64,000 nt of DNA from Longimicrobiales bacterium (lineage in GTDB: Bacteria > Gemmatimonadota > Gemmatimonadetes > Longimicrobiales > Gaopeijiaceae), in assembly GCA_029245345.1 (NCBI GenBank), contig JAQWPM010000002.1, forward strand, positions 29,284 to 93,283, read 5' to 3'. Of this stretch, positions 10,093 to 20,548 are shown piece by piece (the first letter of the stretch is position 1; every line of letters starts with the position of its first letter). The notes below the pieces were generated by a model. That model worked only from the letters and a program-made list of their open reading frames with translations, did no database searches and was not told the DNA's origin. Made by a program: the position numbers and the translations under genes.

Positions 10093-10980
10093 ATGATCCG
10101 GAGTATGACCGGTTACGGTGAAGCCGAGCGGGAATCGCCCGCAGGTCGATTGAGGCTGGAAGTGAAGACGGTGAATCACCGCTACTTCAACACCAGCATC
10201 AAGACGCCCCACGGCTTCGACAAGTTCGAGCGGGACATCACTGAAGCGCTGAAGCGGTACCTGTCACGAGGGCACATCAGTGCTTCGATGACACTTGACC
10301 GAGCGTCATCCGCGGAGGAGTCAGCGCCCAAAGTCGACATCGAGCGTGCCAAGCAGATTCAAGCGGCCCTTGAGCACATGTCAGCTGAGCTTGGTGTGCC
10401 AGGTGAGGTCGATCTGTCCCTCATGGCCCGCTTCAGTGAAGTCTTCCGTGCTCCTGAGCAGGACCGTACTGCCGGCGTCGAGCCCGAGGTCGTCCAACAG
10501 CTTGCGGAAGCTGCGGCATTGTCGGTCCAGTCGTTTCGCGAAGCGGAAGGGGAGCGGCTCGCTGCGGACCTCGAAGGTCGGATGGCCGCCATGAGCGACG
10601 CGCTCGACAAGATCGAAGAGAGGGCGCCACAGCGGCTGATTTCGGAGCGGGACCGTCTCCGAGAAGCTGTGAAGGAGTTGGCGGAACAGACCGAGGTAGA
10701 CGAGGACCGTCTTGCGCGGGAAATCGCCTACTTGGCAGAGAAGTGGGATATCAACGAAGAACTGGTCCGCTTTCGCTCTCATATTGAGCTCTTTCGAGAA
10801 GCGCTCACAGGCGACGCCTCAGAGCCCGTCGGAAAACGACTGGGTTTCCTCATCCAAGAGATGCATCGGGAGGCCAACACCATCGGATCGAAGGCGAACG
10901 ACGCGGAGATCTCGCAGGCGTCCGTAGCGCTTAAGCAAGAAGTGGAGCGCGTCCGCGAACAAGTGGAGAACGTCGAGTGA
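10093..10980 (+). CDS. yicC: YicC-family stress-induced protein
   Basis: N-terminus MIRSMTGYGEA is typical of the YicC family. It is 295 aa and has the conserved C-terminal EMHREANTIGSKA block. It lies in the conserved yicC-gmk-rpoZ neighbourhood. Confidence 0.85.
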   Translation: MIRSMTGYGEAERESPAGRLRLEVKTVNHRYFNTSIKTPHGFDKFERDITEALKRYLSRGHISASMTLDRASSAEESAPKVDIERAKQIQAALEHMSAELGVPGEVDLSLMARFSEVFRAPEQDRTAGVEPEVVQQLAEAAALSVQSFREAEGERLAADLEGRMAAMSDALDKIEERAPQRLISERDRLREAVKELAEQTEVDEDRLAREIAYLAEKWDINEELVRFRSHIELFREALTGDASEPVGKRLGFLIQEMHREANTIGSKANDAEISQASVALKQEVERVREQVENVE

Positions 10981-11630
10981 GTCGGGCAGCACCACTTGTT
11001 CTCGCTGCCCCGAGCGGAACGGGCAAGACCACCCTCGCAAGGCGGCTTGTCGACACGTCAGAGCGTTTCGTATTCTCGATTTCGGCGACGACTCGGCCGG
11101 CTCGTGAAGGAGAGACGAGCGGGGTGGATTACCACTTCGTCGACAGACCAGCGTTCGAAGCGATGATCGAAGACGGGGCCTTGGTCGAATGGGCCACCGT
11201 ACACGGCCATCTGTACGGCACTCCGCGCTCACAATTGGATGAAGCGGCCGCGCGAAGTGAGCACGTTGTGCTCGATATCGACGTGCAAGGCGCGCGTCAG
11301 ATCCGAAACACCGTTGCCAACGCCAAGTTGATCTTCGTACTGCCGCCGTCCATCGAAATCATGATGGAACGGCTCAAGGGCCGAGGGACTGAGGACGATC
11401 AAGAGGTCGCTTGCCGACTACGTTCGGCGCTCGATGAGCTACAGGCTGTGCCCGAGTTCGACTACGTTGTCATCAACGACGATCTTGATTGCTGTGTAAA
11501 AGAGATCGAATCCATTGTTGCGGGACAGGACGGCGCTAAGGCCGCTTCGGTTCCGCTGGAGAATATCAAGGTCTTCCGGGCTGGTGTCGCTCGGGTCCTT
11601 GAGCAAGAGTATACACACGCAAACGGATGA
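10977..11630 (+). CDS. gmk: Guanylate kinase
   Basis: P-loop APSGTGKTT, then SISATTRPAREGE..GVDYHF guanylate kinase signature. The GTG start overlaps the yicC stop (GTGA). Confidence 0.9.
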   Translation: MSRAAPLVLAAPSGTGKTTLARRLVDTSERFVFSISATTRPAREGETSGVDYHFVDRPAFEAMIEDGALVEWATVHGHLYGTPRSQLDEAAARSEHVVLDIDVQGARQIRNTVANAKLIFVLPPSIEIMMERLKGRGTEDDQEVACRLRSALDELQAVPEFDYVVINDDLDCCVKEIESIVAGQDGAKAASVPLENIKVFRAGVARVLEQEYTHANG

Positions 11631-11640
11631 GGAGTGGACA

Positions 11641-11865
11641 ATGAGGGTTTTTACCCCCGATGAGGTGGCAGCCGGCAACGACAGCAAGTATCTCGGTGTG
11701 CTTGTGGCCGCCAAGTACGCACGTGAACTCAACACGCTTCCGGCTGACGCGATGCCGCTCGGCGAAGAAAAGAAGCTCACTACGCGTGCACTCGACGCGC
11801 TGACCTCCGGCCAGATCGAGTTCCGGCTCGTCAAGCGCCGTCTCAAGGATGACGTAGCGCTTTAA
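11641..11865 (+). CDS. rpoZ: DNA-directed RNA polymerase subunit omega
   Basis: 74-aa product from ATG 11641 (..NDSKYLGVLVAAKYARELN..) directly after gmk. The longer ORF 11515 overlaps gmk in another frame. Confidence 0.85.
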   Translation: MRVFTPDEVAAGNDSKYLGVLVAAKYARELNTLPADAMPLGEEKKLTTRALDALTSGQIEFRLVKRRLKDDVAL

Positions 11866-11887
11866 GGCGCTGACCGACTGAGACTCC

Positions 11888-13129
11888 GTGGCGAACCTCT
11901 CGCTGTCGCCTCGACGCCCCTGGCAGGATCGGCGCGTCGTTCTGGGTGTGACCGGCGGGATCGCTGCGTATAAGTCTATTCAAGTAGCGCGGGACCTCAC
12001 GCGACTTGGGGCGACGGTAGACGTCGTCCTCACGTCTTCGGCCCAGAAATTTGTGGCACCGCTCAGCTTTGAGGGTGTCACGGGGCGCACGGCGCTGACC
12101 GATATGTTCTCTTCGGAAGGCGCCGCTTTGCATCTCAGGTTGGGACGGGATGCCGATGTGGTATGTGTTGCGCCGGCTACCGCGGATTTTTTGTCCCGTG
12201 CGGCTCATGGCAGGGCGGACGACCTGATATGTACGACGCTCCTCGCTACCCGGGCACCGGTAGTCATCGCTCCCGCCATGAACGACCGCATGTTCGCCCA
12301 CCCCCAGGTACAGGCCAATATCGCCCATCTCCGGGATCACATTGGGTACCAGATCGTGGGGCCGGCTGAGGGAGCTCTGGCGGTAGGCGAAGGTGAGGGT
12401 CCGGGGCGGATGTTAGAGCCGTGGCAGATCGAAGAGCACATTGGCAGGGCGCTCACGAGTCCAGGGGCGTTGGACGGCCGTAGAGTGCTGATCACCGCAG
12501 GCCCCACCCGGGAGGCCATCGACCCGGTTCGTTACCTCGGGAATCGCTCCTCGGGACGTATGGGGTATGCCATCGCACAGGCGGCGTGGCGTCGAGGTGC
12601 TCAGGTCACGCTCGTTTCGGGGCCGAGTTCGTTGGAGCCCCCAGTGGGGGTGGACTTCGTGCCGGTCGAATCGGCGCTCCAAATGCACGACGCCGTCGAC
12701 GGACTCATCGGAAGTAGCGACGTCAATGTTTTCGCAGCTGCAGTCTCTGATTTCCGCCCCGTTGATCCCAAGAACCGGAAGATGAAGCGGAGCGAGACCG
12801 GTAGTGACCTGAGCGTGGATCTCGTGGCCAATCCGGATATCACGGCCGACTCAAGCGCGTCGCGAAGAGTGGGCAGCTTCTCAGTCGGCTTCGCCCTTGA
12901 GACCGATGACCTGGTTGCCAACGCCCGGAAAAAACTCTCGGCGAAGAACTTGGATCTGTTGGTTGCTAACGACGCCACCGATCCTGGGGCTGGCTTCGAG
13001 GTAGCGACAAATCGAGTCACGATCTTGTCCACCGAGTCCGCTCCTGAGGCTCTGCCCCTGATGTCAAAGGAAGCGGTTGCTGAGGAGTTGTTGGACCGCA
13101 TCGCTGCTCGTCTGAGCGAGGCACCTTGA
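11888..13129 (+). CDS. coaBC: Bifunctional phosphopantothenoylcysteine decarboxylase / phosphopantothenate-cysteine ligase
   Basis: N-terminal flavoprotein domain (VLGVTGGIAAYKS..PAMNDRM) and C-terminal CoaB domain (ITAGPTREAIDPVRYLGNRSSGRMG); 413 aa. Confidence 0.9.
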   Translation: MANLSLSPRRPWQDRRVVLGVTGGIAAYKSIQVARDLTRLGATVDVVLTSSAQKFVAPLSFEGVTGRTALTDMFSSEGAALHLRLGRDADVVCVAPATADFLSRAAHGRADDLICTTLLATRAPVVIAPAMNDRMFAHPQVQANIAHLRDHIGYQIVGPAEGALAVGEGEGPGRMLEPWQIEEHIGRALTSPGALDGRRVLITAGPTREAIDPVRYLGNRSSGRMGYAIAQAAWRRGAQVTLVSGPSSLEPPVGVDFVPVESALQMHDAVDGLIGSSDVNVFAAAVSDFRPVDPKNRKMKRSETGSDLSVDLVANPDITADSSASRRVGSFSVGFALETDDLVANARKKLSAKNLDLLVANDATDPGAGFEVATNRVTILSTESAPEALPLMSKEAVAEELLDRIAARLSEAP

Positions 13130-13914
13130 GTGAGAAGCGGCCCCCGCTCGAAGAGGCGGCTCGCCTCCTTCGACAGCGCGTTGAGGTGGGCTCCGACTCG
13201 ATCTACTTGGATGGACTGACGCGAGCTGAAGCCTTGAAGCTCGCTGCCGCGGCGCGGCGCGCTAGGAGGCGCCCGGGTGCGTCGCCACCGCCCCGAACGG
13301 CTCCTGCCGCCACTGCGAGTGAAGGCGTAGGAGGGCTTCCGATGCTCCCGCCCAACTATGAGGAAGTGAGGGGGCAGGCTCTGGCCTGCACCCGCTGCAG
13401 GCTCTCCGACAGCCGTACTCAGGTGGTCTTTTCGGACGGCTCTCCGACAGCCCGTCTCATGGTGGTGGGGGAAGCCCCCGGAGCGAACGAGGACCAGACC
13501 GGGGTTCCCTTCGTGGGCGCAGCCGGAAAATTCCTCGACATGCTTCTCTCGACCGTCGATCTGTCGCGAGAGGACTCGGTGTATATCGCCAACGTTCTCA
13601 AGTGTCGTCCTCCTGGGAATCGGAATCCGATGCCTGACGAGATCGAGGCGTGTTCACCGTTCTTGAAAAAGCAGATCGAACTGGTGCAGCCGGAAGCGTT
13701 GCTCGCGGTCGGGACTTTTTCAGCTCAGCTCCTGACGGGGCAAGAGAAGACCCCTCTCGGCAAGATCCGTGGAGAGGTTCACAGCTACGAAGGGGTCCCG
13801 TTGGTGGTCACGTATCACCCCGCTGCGCTTCTCCGGAATCCCAAGTGGACGCGGTCCTTTTGGGACGATTTGCAGATGCTTCGCACTGTCATGGACGGCT
13901 CCCGCAGCGCTTAA
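13126..13914 (+). CDS. Uracil-DNA glycosylase, family 4, with ~80-aa N-terminal extension
   Basis: CTRCRL, GEAPGANEDQTGVPFVGAAG and HPAALLRNP motifs of family-4 UDG. The TTG start overlaps the coaBC stop. Confidence 0.85.
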   Translation: MSEKRPPLEEAARLLRQRVEVGSDSIYLDGLTRAEALKLAAAARRARRRPGASPPPRTAPAATASEGVGGLPMLPPNYEEVRGQALACTRCRLSDSRTQVVFSDGSPTARLMVVGEAPGANEDQTGVPFVGAAGKFLDMLLSTVDLSREDSVYIANVLKCRPPGNRNPMPDEIEACSPFLKKQIELVQPEALLAVGTFSAQLLTGQEKTPLGKIRGEVHSYEGVPLVVTYHPAALLRNPKWTRSFWDDLQMLRTVMDGSRSA

Positions 13915-14017
13915 CAAGCGGGCTTGCTCCTAGCACTTGAGGCACCTTTATTCGCCCCGTGCGGCCTCTCGGGGTATCGGCTAGATTGCTTCCCCTTCGC
14001 GCCCCAACCCCGCCCTG

Positions 14018-15442
14018 ATGGAAGCCTCGCCCAACCTCGGCCCCGCGCCCTTCGACCGTACTCCTCCGTTTTCAATGGAGGCAGAAACGGCCGTGCTCGG
14101 CGGTATGCTCATCGATCGCGATGCCGTAACGCGTGCTCTTGAGTTTCTGAATGAGGGCATGTTTTACCGTGAAGCGAATCGTCGTCTGTACAGGGCGATG
14201 CTCCGACTCTTCGAGCGTGGTGACGTCATCGACGTCATTACGGTCTCCGAGGAACTCAAGAAGACCGGAGAGATGGAGGCCTCTGGAGGGTTCGACTATC
14301 TCGGTGCCCTCGTCGACGCAGTGCCGACTGCCGCGAATCTCGAGTACCACGCCAAGATCGTCAGAGACAAGGCACTCCTTCGTCGCCTTGTTGAGCACTC
14401 GACCCAGATCATTCGGGACGTGTACGACCAGGGCGAACGGGGCGTCGACGAGATCCTCGACATGGCGGAGGCGAAGATCTTCCAAGTCGCCGAGAGTCAT
14501 AAGCGGGACGGCTTCGTCTGGATCAAGGAGATTCTCTGGCGGACTTTCGAGCACATCGAGAAGCTCCAAGAGTCGGGCTCGGGCATCACCGGCGTACCCA
14601 GCGGTTTCGCCGACCTAGACCGCATGACGACTGGCCTCCAAAAGGGAGATCTGGTCATCGTTGCCGCGCGTCCCTCTATGGGAAAGACGTCCTGGGTTAT
14701 GAACGTCGCGGCCAACGCCGCCATCTCACACACCATCCCTGTCGCGATTTTCTCGCTCGAAATGTCGTCTGAGCAGCTCGTTCAACGACTGCTGTGTGCT
14801 GAAGGTCGGATCGACGCCCAGAGACTTCGGCGAGGTCGTCTGTCTCAAGAGGAGCACCAGCGTCTCGCGGCGGCTGCGGGGCACCTCAACACGGCCCCTA
14901 TTTGGATCGACGATCAGCCCGGTTGTAACGTGCTCGAAATCCGGGCGAAAGCGCGAAGGCTCCAGTCCGAGCTCCGTGCGGATAACAAAGAGCTGGGCAT
15001 GATCGTGATCGACTATATGCAGCTGATGTCGGGAACGGGCCAATCAGAGAGTCGTGTCCAGGAGGTGTCTCAGATCTCCCGCGGACTAAAAGCGCTTGCG
15101 CGTGAAATCGATGTTCCGGTAGTGGCGCTGTCTCAGTTGAGTCGTGGTCCGGAGCAGCGCACGGACAAGCGGCCGATGCTCTCTGACCTTCGTGAGTCCG
15201 GTTCGATCGAGCAGGATGCCGATATCGTCATGTTCTTGTTCCGCCCCGAGTACTACGCTCCAGCGGAGCAACGAGAAGAACTTGAGGGGAAATCGGAGTT
15301 GATCATCAGCAAGCAGCGTAACGGACCGACGGGAGTGGTCGAACTCTTCTTCCAGAAGGCATACACTCGGTTCGATTCGGTCTCTCGAGACTCGTCGAGC
15401 GGGCCCGAAGGAGGAAACGACGGCCCGAGCTTCGGCCCGTGA
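14018..15442 (+). CDS. dnaB: Replicative DNA helicase
   Basis: PPFSMEAETAVLGGML N-terminus, Walker A ARPSMGKTS, and the IVIDYMQLM and SQLSRGPEQR blocks. At 474 aa there is no room for an intein. Confidence 0.92.
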   Translation: MEASPNLGPAPFDRTPPFSMEAETAVLGGMLIDRDAVTRALEFLNEGMFYREANRRLYRAMLRLFERGDVIDVITVSEELKKTGEMEASGGFDYLGALVDAVPTAANLEYHAKIVRDKALLRRLVEHSTQIIRDVYDQGERGVDEILDMAEAKIFQVAESHKRDGFVWIKEILWRTFEHIEKLQESGSGITGVPSGFADLDRMTTGLQKGDLVIVAARPSMGKTSWVMNVAANAAISHTIPVAIFSLEMSSEQLVQRLLCAEGRIDAQRLRRGRLSQEEHQRLAAAAGHLNTAPIWIDDQPGCNVLEIRAKARRLQSELRADNKELGMIVIDYMQLMSGTGQSESRVQEVSQISRGLKALAREIDVPVVALSQLSRGPEQRTDKRPMLSDLRESGSIEQDADIVMFLFRPEYYAPAEQREELEGKSELIISKQRNGPTGVVELFFQKAYTRFDSVSRDSSSGPEGGNDGPSFGP

Positions 15443-16131
15443 CGCCGGTTGAATCCCTCAAGGTCGGCGTCGCGATTCCGGGTGCCGGCCGTGGTGAACG
15501 CATGGGTGGTGTTCGTAAGCCGTTTCTCGAGATCAACGGCGAGCCGGTGCTCGTGCACGCCCTCCGGCCGTTCCTGGCCGACCCAAGGGTCGTGGCGATC
15601 GTGGTTGCAGTGGCTCACGACGATGCCCAGTCGCCGCCGAAATGGCTCACCGAGATCGATCCACGTGTCCGGGTTGTGGCTGGTGGAGCGAGTCGCACCG
15701 AATCCGTCTCGTTGGCGATTGGGGCCCTCCCGGCCGATCTCGATGTGATCGCGGTGCATGACGCGGCGCGTCCCTTGGTGCGGTCCAAAGTTGTATCACA
15801 ATGTCTCGACGTTGCTGGGACCGGAGTGGGGGCGGTGGCCGGATACCCAGCCGTGGACACGATCAAGAGTGTTGGCCAGGACGGGTTCATCTCTGACACG
15901 CCGGACCGCTCCGTGCTGTGGCATGCCCAGACCCCGCAGGCTTTTCCCGCAGGGGTGTTACGGAAGGCTTATGCGGCTCGATTCAGCGGAACGGATGATT
16001 CGTCGCTCGTTGAGCGAATTGGCGGATCCGTGCGGATGATCGACGGAGGTGCCGACAATCTCAAAGTCACGCGTCCAGTCGATATCGGGATCGCCGAGGC
16101 GGTTTTGTCGGCTCGTGCGGCTCGTGGCTGA
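15439..16131 (+). CDS. ispD: 2-C-methyl-D-erythritol 4-phosphate cytidylyltransferase
   Basis: AIPGAGRGERMG..KPFLEI N-terminal motif and VHDAARP block; 230 aa. The GTG start overlaps the dnaB stop. Confidence 0.9.
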   Translation: MTPVESLKVGVAIPGAGRGERMGGVRKPFLEINGEPVLVHALRPFLADPRVVAIVVAVAHDDAQSPPKWLTEIDPRVRVVAGGASRTESVSLAIGALPADLDVIAVHDAARPLVRSKVVSQCLDVAGTGVGAVAGYPAVDTIKSVGQDGFISDTPDRSVLWHAQTPQAFPAGVLRKAYAARFSGTDDSSLVERIGGSVRMIDGGADNLKVTRPVDIGIAEAVLSARAARG

Positions 16132-16774
16132 GGCCTTACGACGGATCGACCTCCGTGTCGATCCTGACGCTGATCTGTCCGCTGTAGGCGAGCACCTGAA
16201 GCGGGGAGGTGTTGTCGCTTATCCCACGGAGACGGTGTACGGCCTTGGCTCACTTCCGTCGGAGCAGGGCATTCGGAACCTGCGAGATCTCAAGGGCCGG
16301 ACGGACGAAAAACCCTTTATCTTGCTGGTGGAGTCCGCCGAGGCTGTTCAAGAACTCGATTGGACGGAGGAGGCACGGGAACTCGCCAGTGTGTTCTGGC
16401 CTGGCGCCGTCACGCTCGTCTTGAGTGATCCCCAAGGATTTTTCTCAGAGGGAGCGCACGGGACGGGTTCTTCGGTAGCAGTGCGGAGGAGCCCTCAGGC
16501 CGCTGTCGCTAGGCTGATTGCCGAGGTGGGTGGCCCGATTACTTCGACGAGCGCCAATATCGGCGGGAGCACGCCAGCCCGCTCAGGTAGCGAAGTGATG
16601 GAGCTTCTGAGGCGTTGTGGTCGGACCGATGTCATCGTCCTGGACGCAGGCACTCTTCCCGAATCGGCTCCATCGACCATCATTGATTGCACCACCCATC
16701 CCCCGACTGTGTTACGCGAGGGGTCCGTCCCGGTGGGTCGTCTTCGTTGTGCGATTCCGGAGATCCATGAGTAA
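16124..16774 (+). CDS. tsaC: L-threonylcarbamoyladenylate synthase (TsaC/YwlC/Sua5 family)
   Basis: GGVVAYPTETVYGLG and SANIGG motifs. The start is set at in-frame GTG 16124 (or 16115), because ATG 16049 would overlap ispD by 83 nt. Confidence 0.8.
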   Translation: MAEALRRIDLRVDPDADLSAVGEHLKRGGVVAYPTETVYGLGSLPSEQGIRNLRDLKGRTDEKPFILLVESAEAVQELDWTEEARELASVFWPGAVTLVLSDPQGFFSEGAHGTGSSVAVRRSPQAAVARLIAEVGGPITSTSANIGGSTPARSGSEVMELLRRCGRTDVIVLDAGTLPESAPSTIIDCTTHPPTVLREGSVPVGRLRCAIPEIHE

Positions 16775-17267
16775 CACCGCTGACAAAATGGAGGCCCTGC
16801 GCCTCCTCTTCGTGTGCACCGGGAATACCTGTCGGAGTCCCATGGCGGAGGCGATTGCAAAGCGGGCCGCTACGTCTCGAGGATGGACGGACGTGGAGGT
16901 CCGGTCTGCTGGTGTGGCCGCCTATACTGGAGACATCGCATCCGGTGGTGCGGTCCGGGCTGCCAAAAAGAACGGCGTCGATATCAGCGGACATCAGGCG
17001 ACCCCACTCACGCATGAAGTCGCAGCTTGGGCTGACCTTGTCCTCGTGATGTCTTCCGGTCACCTGATGCGCGTCGCGCAGCTCGGAGCAGGTGAGCATG
17101 CGTCTCTACTGACCGCGTTCGCGGCAGGAGCCGACGGTGTTGCGGGGAGCGGGACAGTACCGGACCCGATCGGCGGTAGCGACGACGAATACCTCTTTAC
17201 CTTCTCGTTTCTTGAAGAACTCATTGAGCGCGTATTCGAGCGCATCGAGCCAGTGGTGGTTGAATGA
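16767..17267 (+). CDS. Low-molecular-weight protein phosphatase (YwlE-like Tyr/Arg phosphatase)
   Basis: CX5R(S) active site in LLFVCTGNTCRSPMAEA and a DP loop VPDPIGG. ATG 16767 overlaps the tsaC stop. Confidence 0.85.
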   Translation: MSNTADKMEALRLLFVCTGNTCRSPMAEAIAKRAATSRGWTDVEVRSAGVAAYTGDIASGGAVRAAKKNGVDISGHQATPLTHEVAAWADLVLVMSSGHLMRVAQLGAGEHASLLTAFAAGADGVAGSGTVPDPIGGSDDEYLFTFSFLEELIERVFERIEPVVVE

Positions 17268-18103
17268 GCGTATCAGCGTCGACTCGAGTCCTCACCCTAC
17301 TGGGTGATCCTGTGGGGCATTCCAAGTCTCCCATTATCCAGAACGCAGCGTTCGCGGAAGCCGGAATGGACGGCGTCTACGTCGCTGTTCGCTGTGCGGC
17401 CGACGACCTGACTGGGTTGATGAAGGGTCTGTCGCGCGCAGGGGGTGGGGGCAATATCACCTTGCCACACAAGGAAAAGGCTGCAGCTGTTGTAGATATC
17501 GCGAGCCCAGCGGTACGGCGGACTGGTGCCTGCAACACGTTCTGGGGCGGGGAAGATGGTCGGGTCCATGGTGACAACACCGATGTCGACGGGTTTCGTG
17601 AAGCGCTGAAGGTCTTTGTCGAAGGATCTCCGACGGGAATCCGTGCGTTGTTGCTCGGAGCGGGTGGCGCCGCTCGTGCCGCCCTCATGGGATTGCTGGA
17701 GGAGGGGGCGGATGAGGTCCTGATCTACAATCGGACTTCGGACCGCGCGCGCGCGGTCGCTCGGAGAATCGGTGGCCAAAAGGCGCGCGTGGTACCACTT
17801 ATCGAGAAGTTGCGTGGCGAGAGTTTCGACCTCGTTGTGAACGCTACCCGGCTTGGGTTGGCTGCCGGAGACGCCTCGCCTATGGACTTCGGACCGCTCT
17901 TGAGGGTGGGCGGTGCTATGGATCTCGTGTATGGGCAGAAAAAGACACCCTTCGTCCGTGCTGCAGAGGAGCATGGAATCCGCGCCGTCGATGGGGCTGA
18001 GATGCTGGTCCAGCAGGGGGCCGCCTCATTCGAACGGTGGTGGGGCAGTGATGCTCCCCTGAGCGTCATGCGCGAAGCTATGGAGCGGAGTCGCTTGGAG
18101 TGA
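17264..18103 (+). CDS. aroE: Shikimate dehydrogenase
   Basis: LLGDPVGHSKSPIIQNAAF, NITLPHK, NTD.DG and GAGGAARA NADP-binding motifs. Confidence 0.88.
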   Translation: MSVSASTRVLTLLGDPVGHSKSPIIQNAAFAEAGMDGVYVAVRCAADDLTGLMKGLSRAGGGGNITLPHKEKAAAVVDIASPAVRRTGACNTFWGGEDGRVHGDNTDVDGFREALKVFVEGSPTGIRALLLGAGGAARAALMGLLEEGADEVLIYNRTSDRARAVARRIGGQKARVVPLIEKLRGESFDLVVNATRLGLAAGDASPMDFGPLLRVGGAMDLVYGQKKTPFVRAAEEHGIRAVDGAEMLVQQGAASFERWWGSDAPLSVMREAMERSRLE

Positions 18104-18852
18104 GGACAGCGGAGTGGGCAGGTGATCTCATCGATCTGCTCCTCCCTGCTGGTTGTATCTCGTGTGGCGACTGGATTCCTGGCGGGAGGCGAGCCCCCAT
18201 GGTTTGCGGTCGATGTGCATCCAGATTGAGACGGGCATCGTGGCCGCGATGCCCGCGGTGCCACTTTCCACGCGCGACCGGCCGGCCGGATCAATCCGAC
18301 TGCCGCGAATGCGAACAGTGGCCGGAAGCGCTGACCTTCGCCCGCTACGCCTATGTGCTTCACGGCCCCGTCTCCGATCTTGTGCACTCTCTCAAGTATG
18401 AGGGATGGGCGGAACTCGCGCCGACTATGGGAGACGCTCTCGCGCGAGTGTCCCTTCCAGAAATCGCTGCGCCCACTGTTGTGACGCCAATGCCGACCAC
18501 TTCAGCGCGGGCCCGAACGAGAGGGTACAACCAAGCTGGACTGTTAGCCGGGCAGGTAGCGCAGCTCAAGCGATTGCCACTCGTTGAAGCGTTGCAGCGC
18601 TCGAGCGCTGCACGGTCGCAGACTTCGCTGCATCCGTCGGAGCGCCACGCGAACGTCCGGGGGGCCTTCAGTGTGCATCCCCCGGAACGCGAAGCCGTCC
18701 AGGGCGCCCATGTGCTGCTTGTCGATGACGTGCTCACGACCGGTGCCACGGCGAGTGCCGCTGCGTCCGAACTCACCGCTGCAGGCGCACGCGCAGTGAC
18801 GACTCTCGCGTTCGCCCGGGCACTACCGGCGGGGCTCCACTCCTCGCGGTAG
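18100..18852 (+). CDS. comF: ComF-family phosphoribosyltransferase-domain protein
   Basis: N-terminal Cys-rich zinc-finger-like region (CISCG..CGRC..CPRC) and a C-terminal PRTase motif VLLVDDVLTTGAT. Confidence 0.8.
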   Translation: MRTAEWAGDLIDLLLPAGCISCGDWIPGGRRAPMVCGRCASRLRRASWPRCPRCHFPRATGRPDQSDCRECEQWPEALTFARYAYVLHGPVSDLVHSLKYEGWAELAPTMGDALARVSLPEIAAPTVVTPMPTTSARARTRGYNQAGLLAGQVAQLKRLPLVEALQRSSAARSQTSLHPSERHANVRGAFSVHPPEREAVQGAHVLLVDDVLTTGATASAAASELTAAGARAVTTLAFARALPAGLHSSR

Positions 18853-19941
<1,089 letters not shown>

Positions 19942-20071
19942 GTCGACGGAGGCCTTCGTGATGGCACCGAGAAGGTAGGTAGGCCAAAACATTCGCGCCT
20001 CGTTCGTACTAGGGGTGTAAGGCGAATGGATACGTCCGCGTATCCCATGGTGATGCAAACACAAACGAAAG

Positions 20072-20548
20072 GTGTCCGACCCAGGGATCCGCACCGCGCC
20101 GGCGGGCTCGCCCGGGAAGTTCCCTCAGGATGTTTCGGAGTGGTTTCGCGAGCACCAAACTGCGGTCTTCCGGTATGTACGATTCCGCGTAGCCACGCGT
20201 GAGGCCCCTGACGACGTAACGTCCTCGGTTTTCAAGAAGGCGTTGCCGTCGTTCGACCGGTATAACGAAGAGCGAGCTTCACCGAGGACGTGGCTCCTCA
20301 GGATCGCTCGAAGCGCGGTCACCGATCACCTACGGGCGCTCAAGCGTCGCGGCTCGTTGCACGTTTCACTGGACCGGATCCCGGATTTGGTCCCGAACGT
20401 GCCCTCTGCGGAGGAACGGGTGATCAGGCAGGAGAGGATCCAACGGCTACTCAATGGAAGTCAGGAACTCCGTTCGGGGATGGATGCAGCGACTCGGCTG
20501 AAGTCTGGGTCCGATACGTCTCGCGGGAGAAGAGAAGGGGTTCCGTGA
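20072..20548 (+). CDS. ECF-type sigma-70 family protein, region 4.2 apparently interrupted (possible frameshift pseudogene)
   Basis: Region 2 is clear (..DDVTSSVFKKAL....TWLLRIARSAVTDHLRALKRR). The ORF stops right after ...EGVP, where the region 4.2 recognition helix should begin. A helix-like continuation (VRSGSAVLTLRVRF) is open in another frame to 20598. Confidence 0.5.
   Translation: MSDPGIRTAPAGSPGKFPQDVSEWFREHQTAVFRYVRFRVATREAPDDVTSSVFKKALPSFDRYNEERASPRTWLLRIARSAVTDHLRALKRRGSLHVSLDRIPDLVPNVPSAEERVIRQERIQRLLNGSQELRSGMDAATRLKSGSDTSRGRREGVP

Noticed and set aside
16213-16221. TTATCCCAC resembling a DnaA box (TTATCCACA)
   Set aside because: It differs from the DnaA-box consensus at its last three positions, it is a single site inside the tsaC coding sequence, and there is no cluster of boxes or AT-rich unwinding element nearby.
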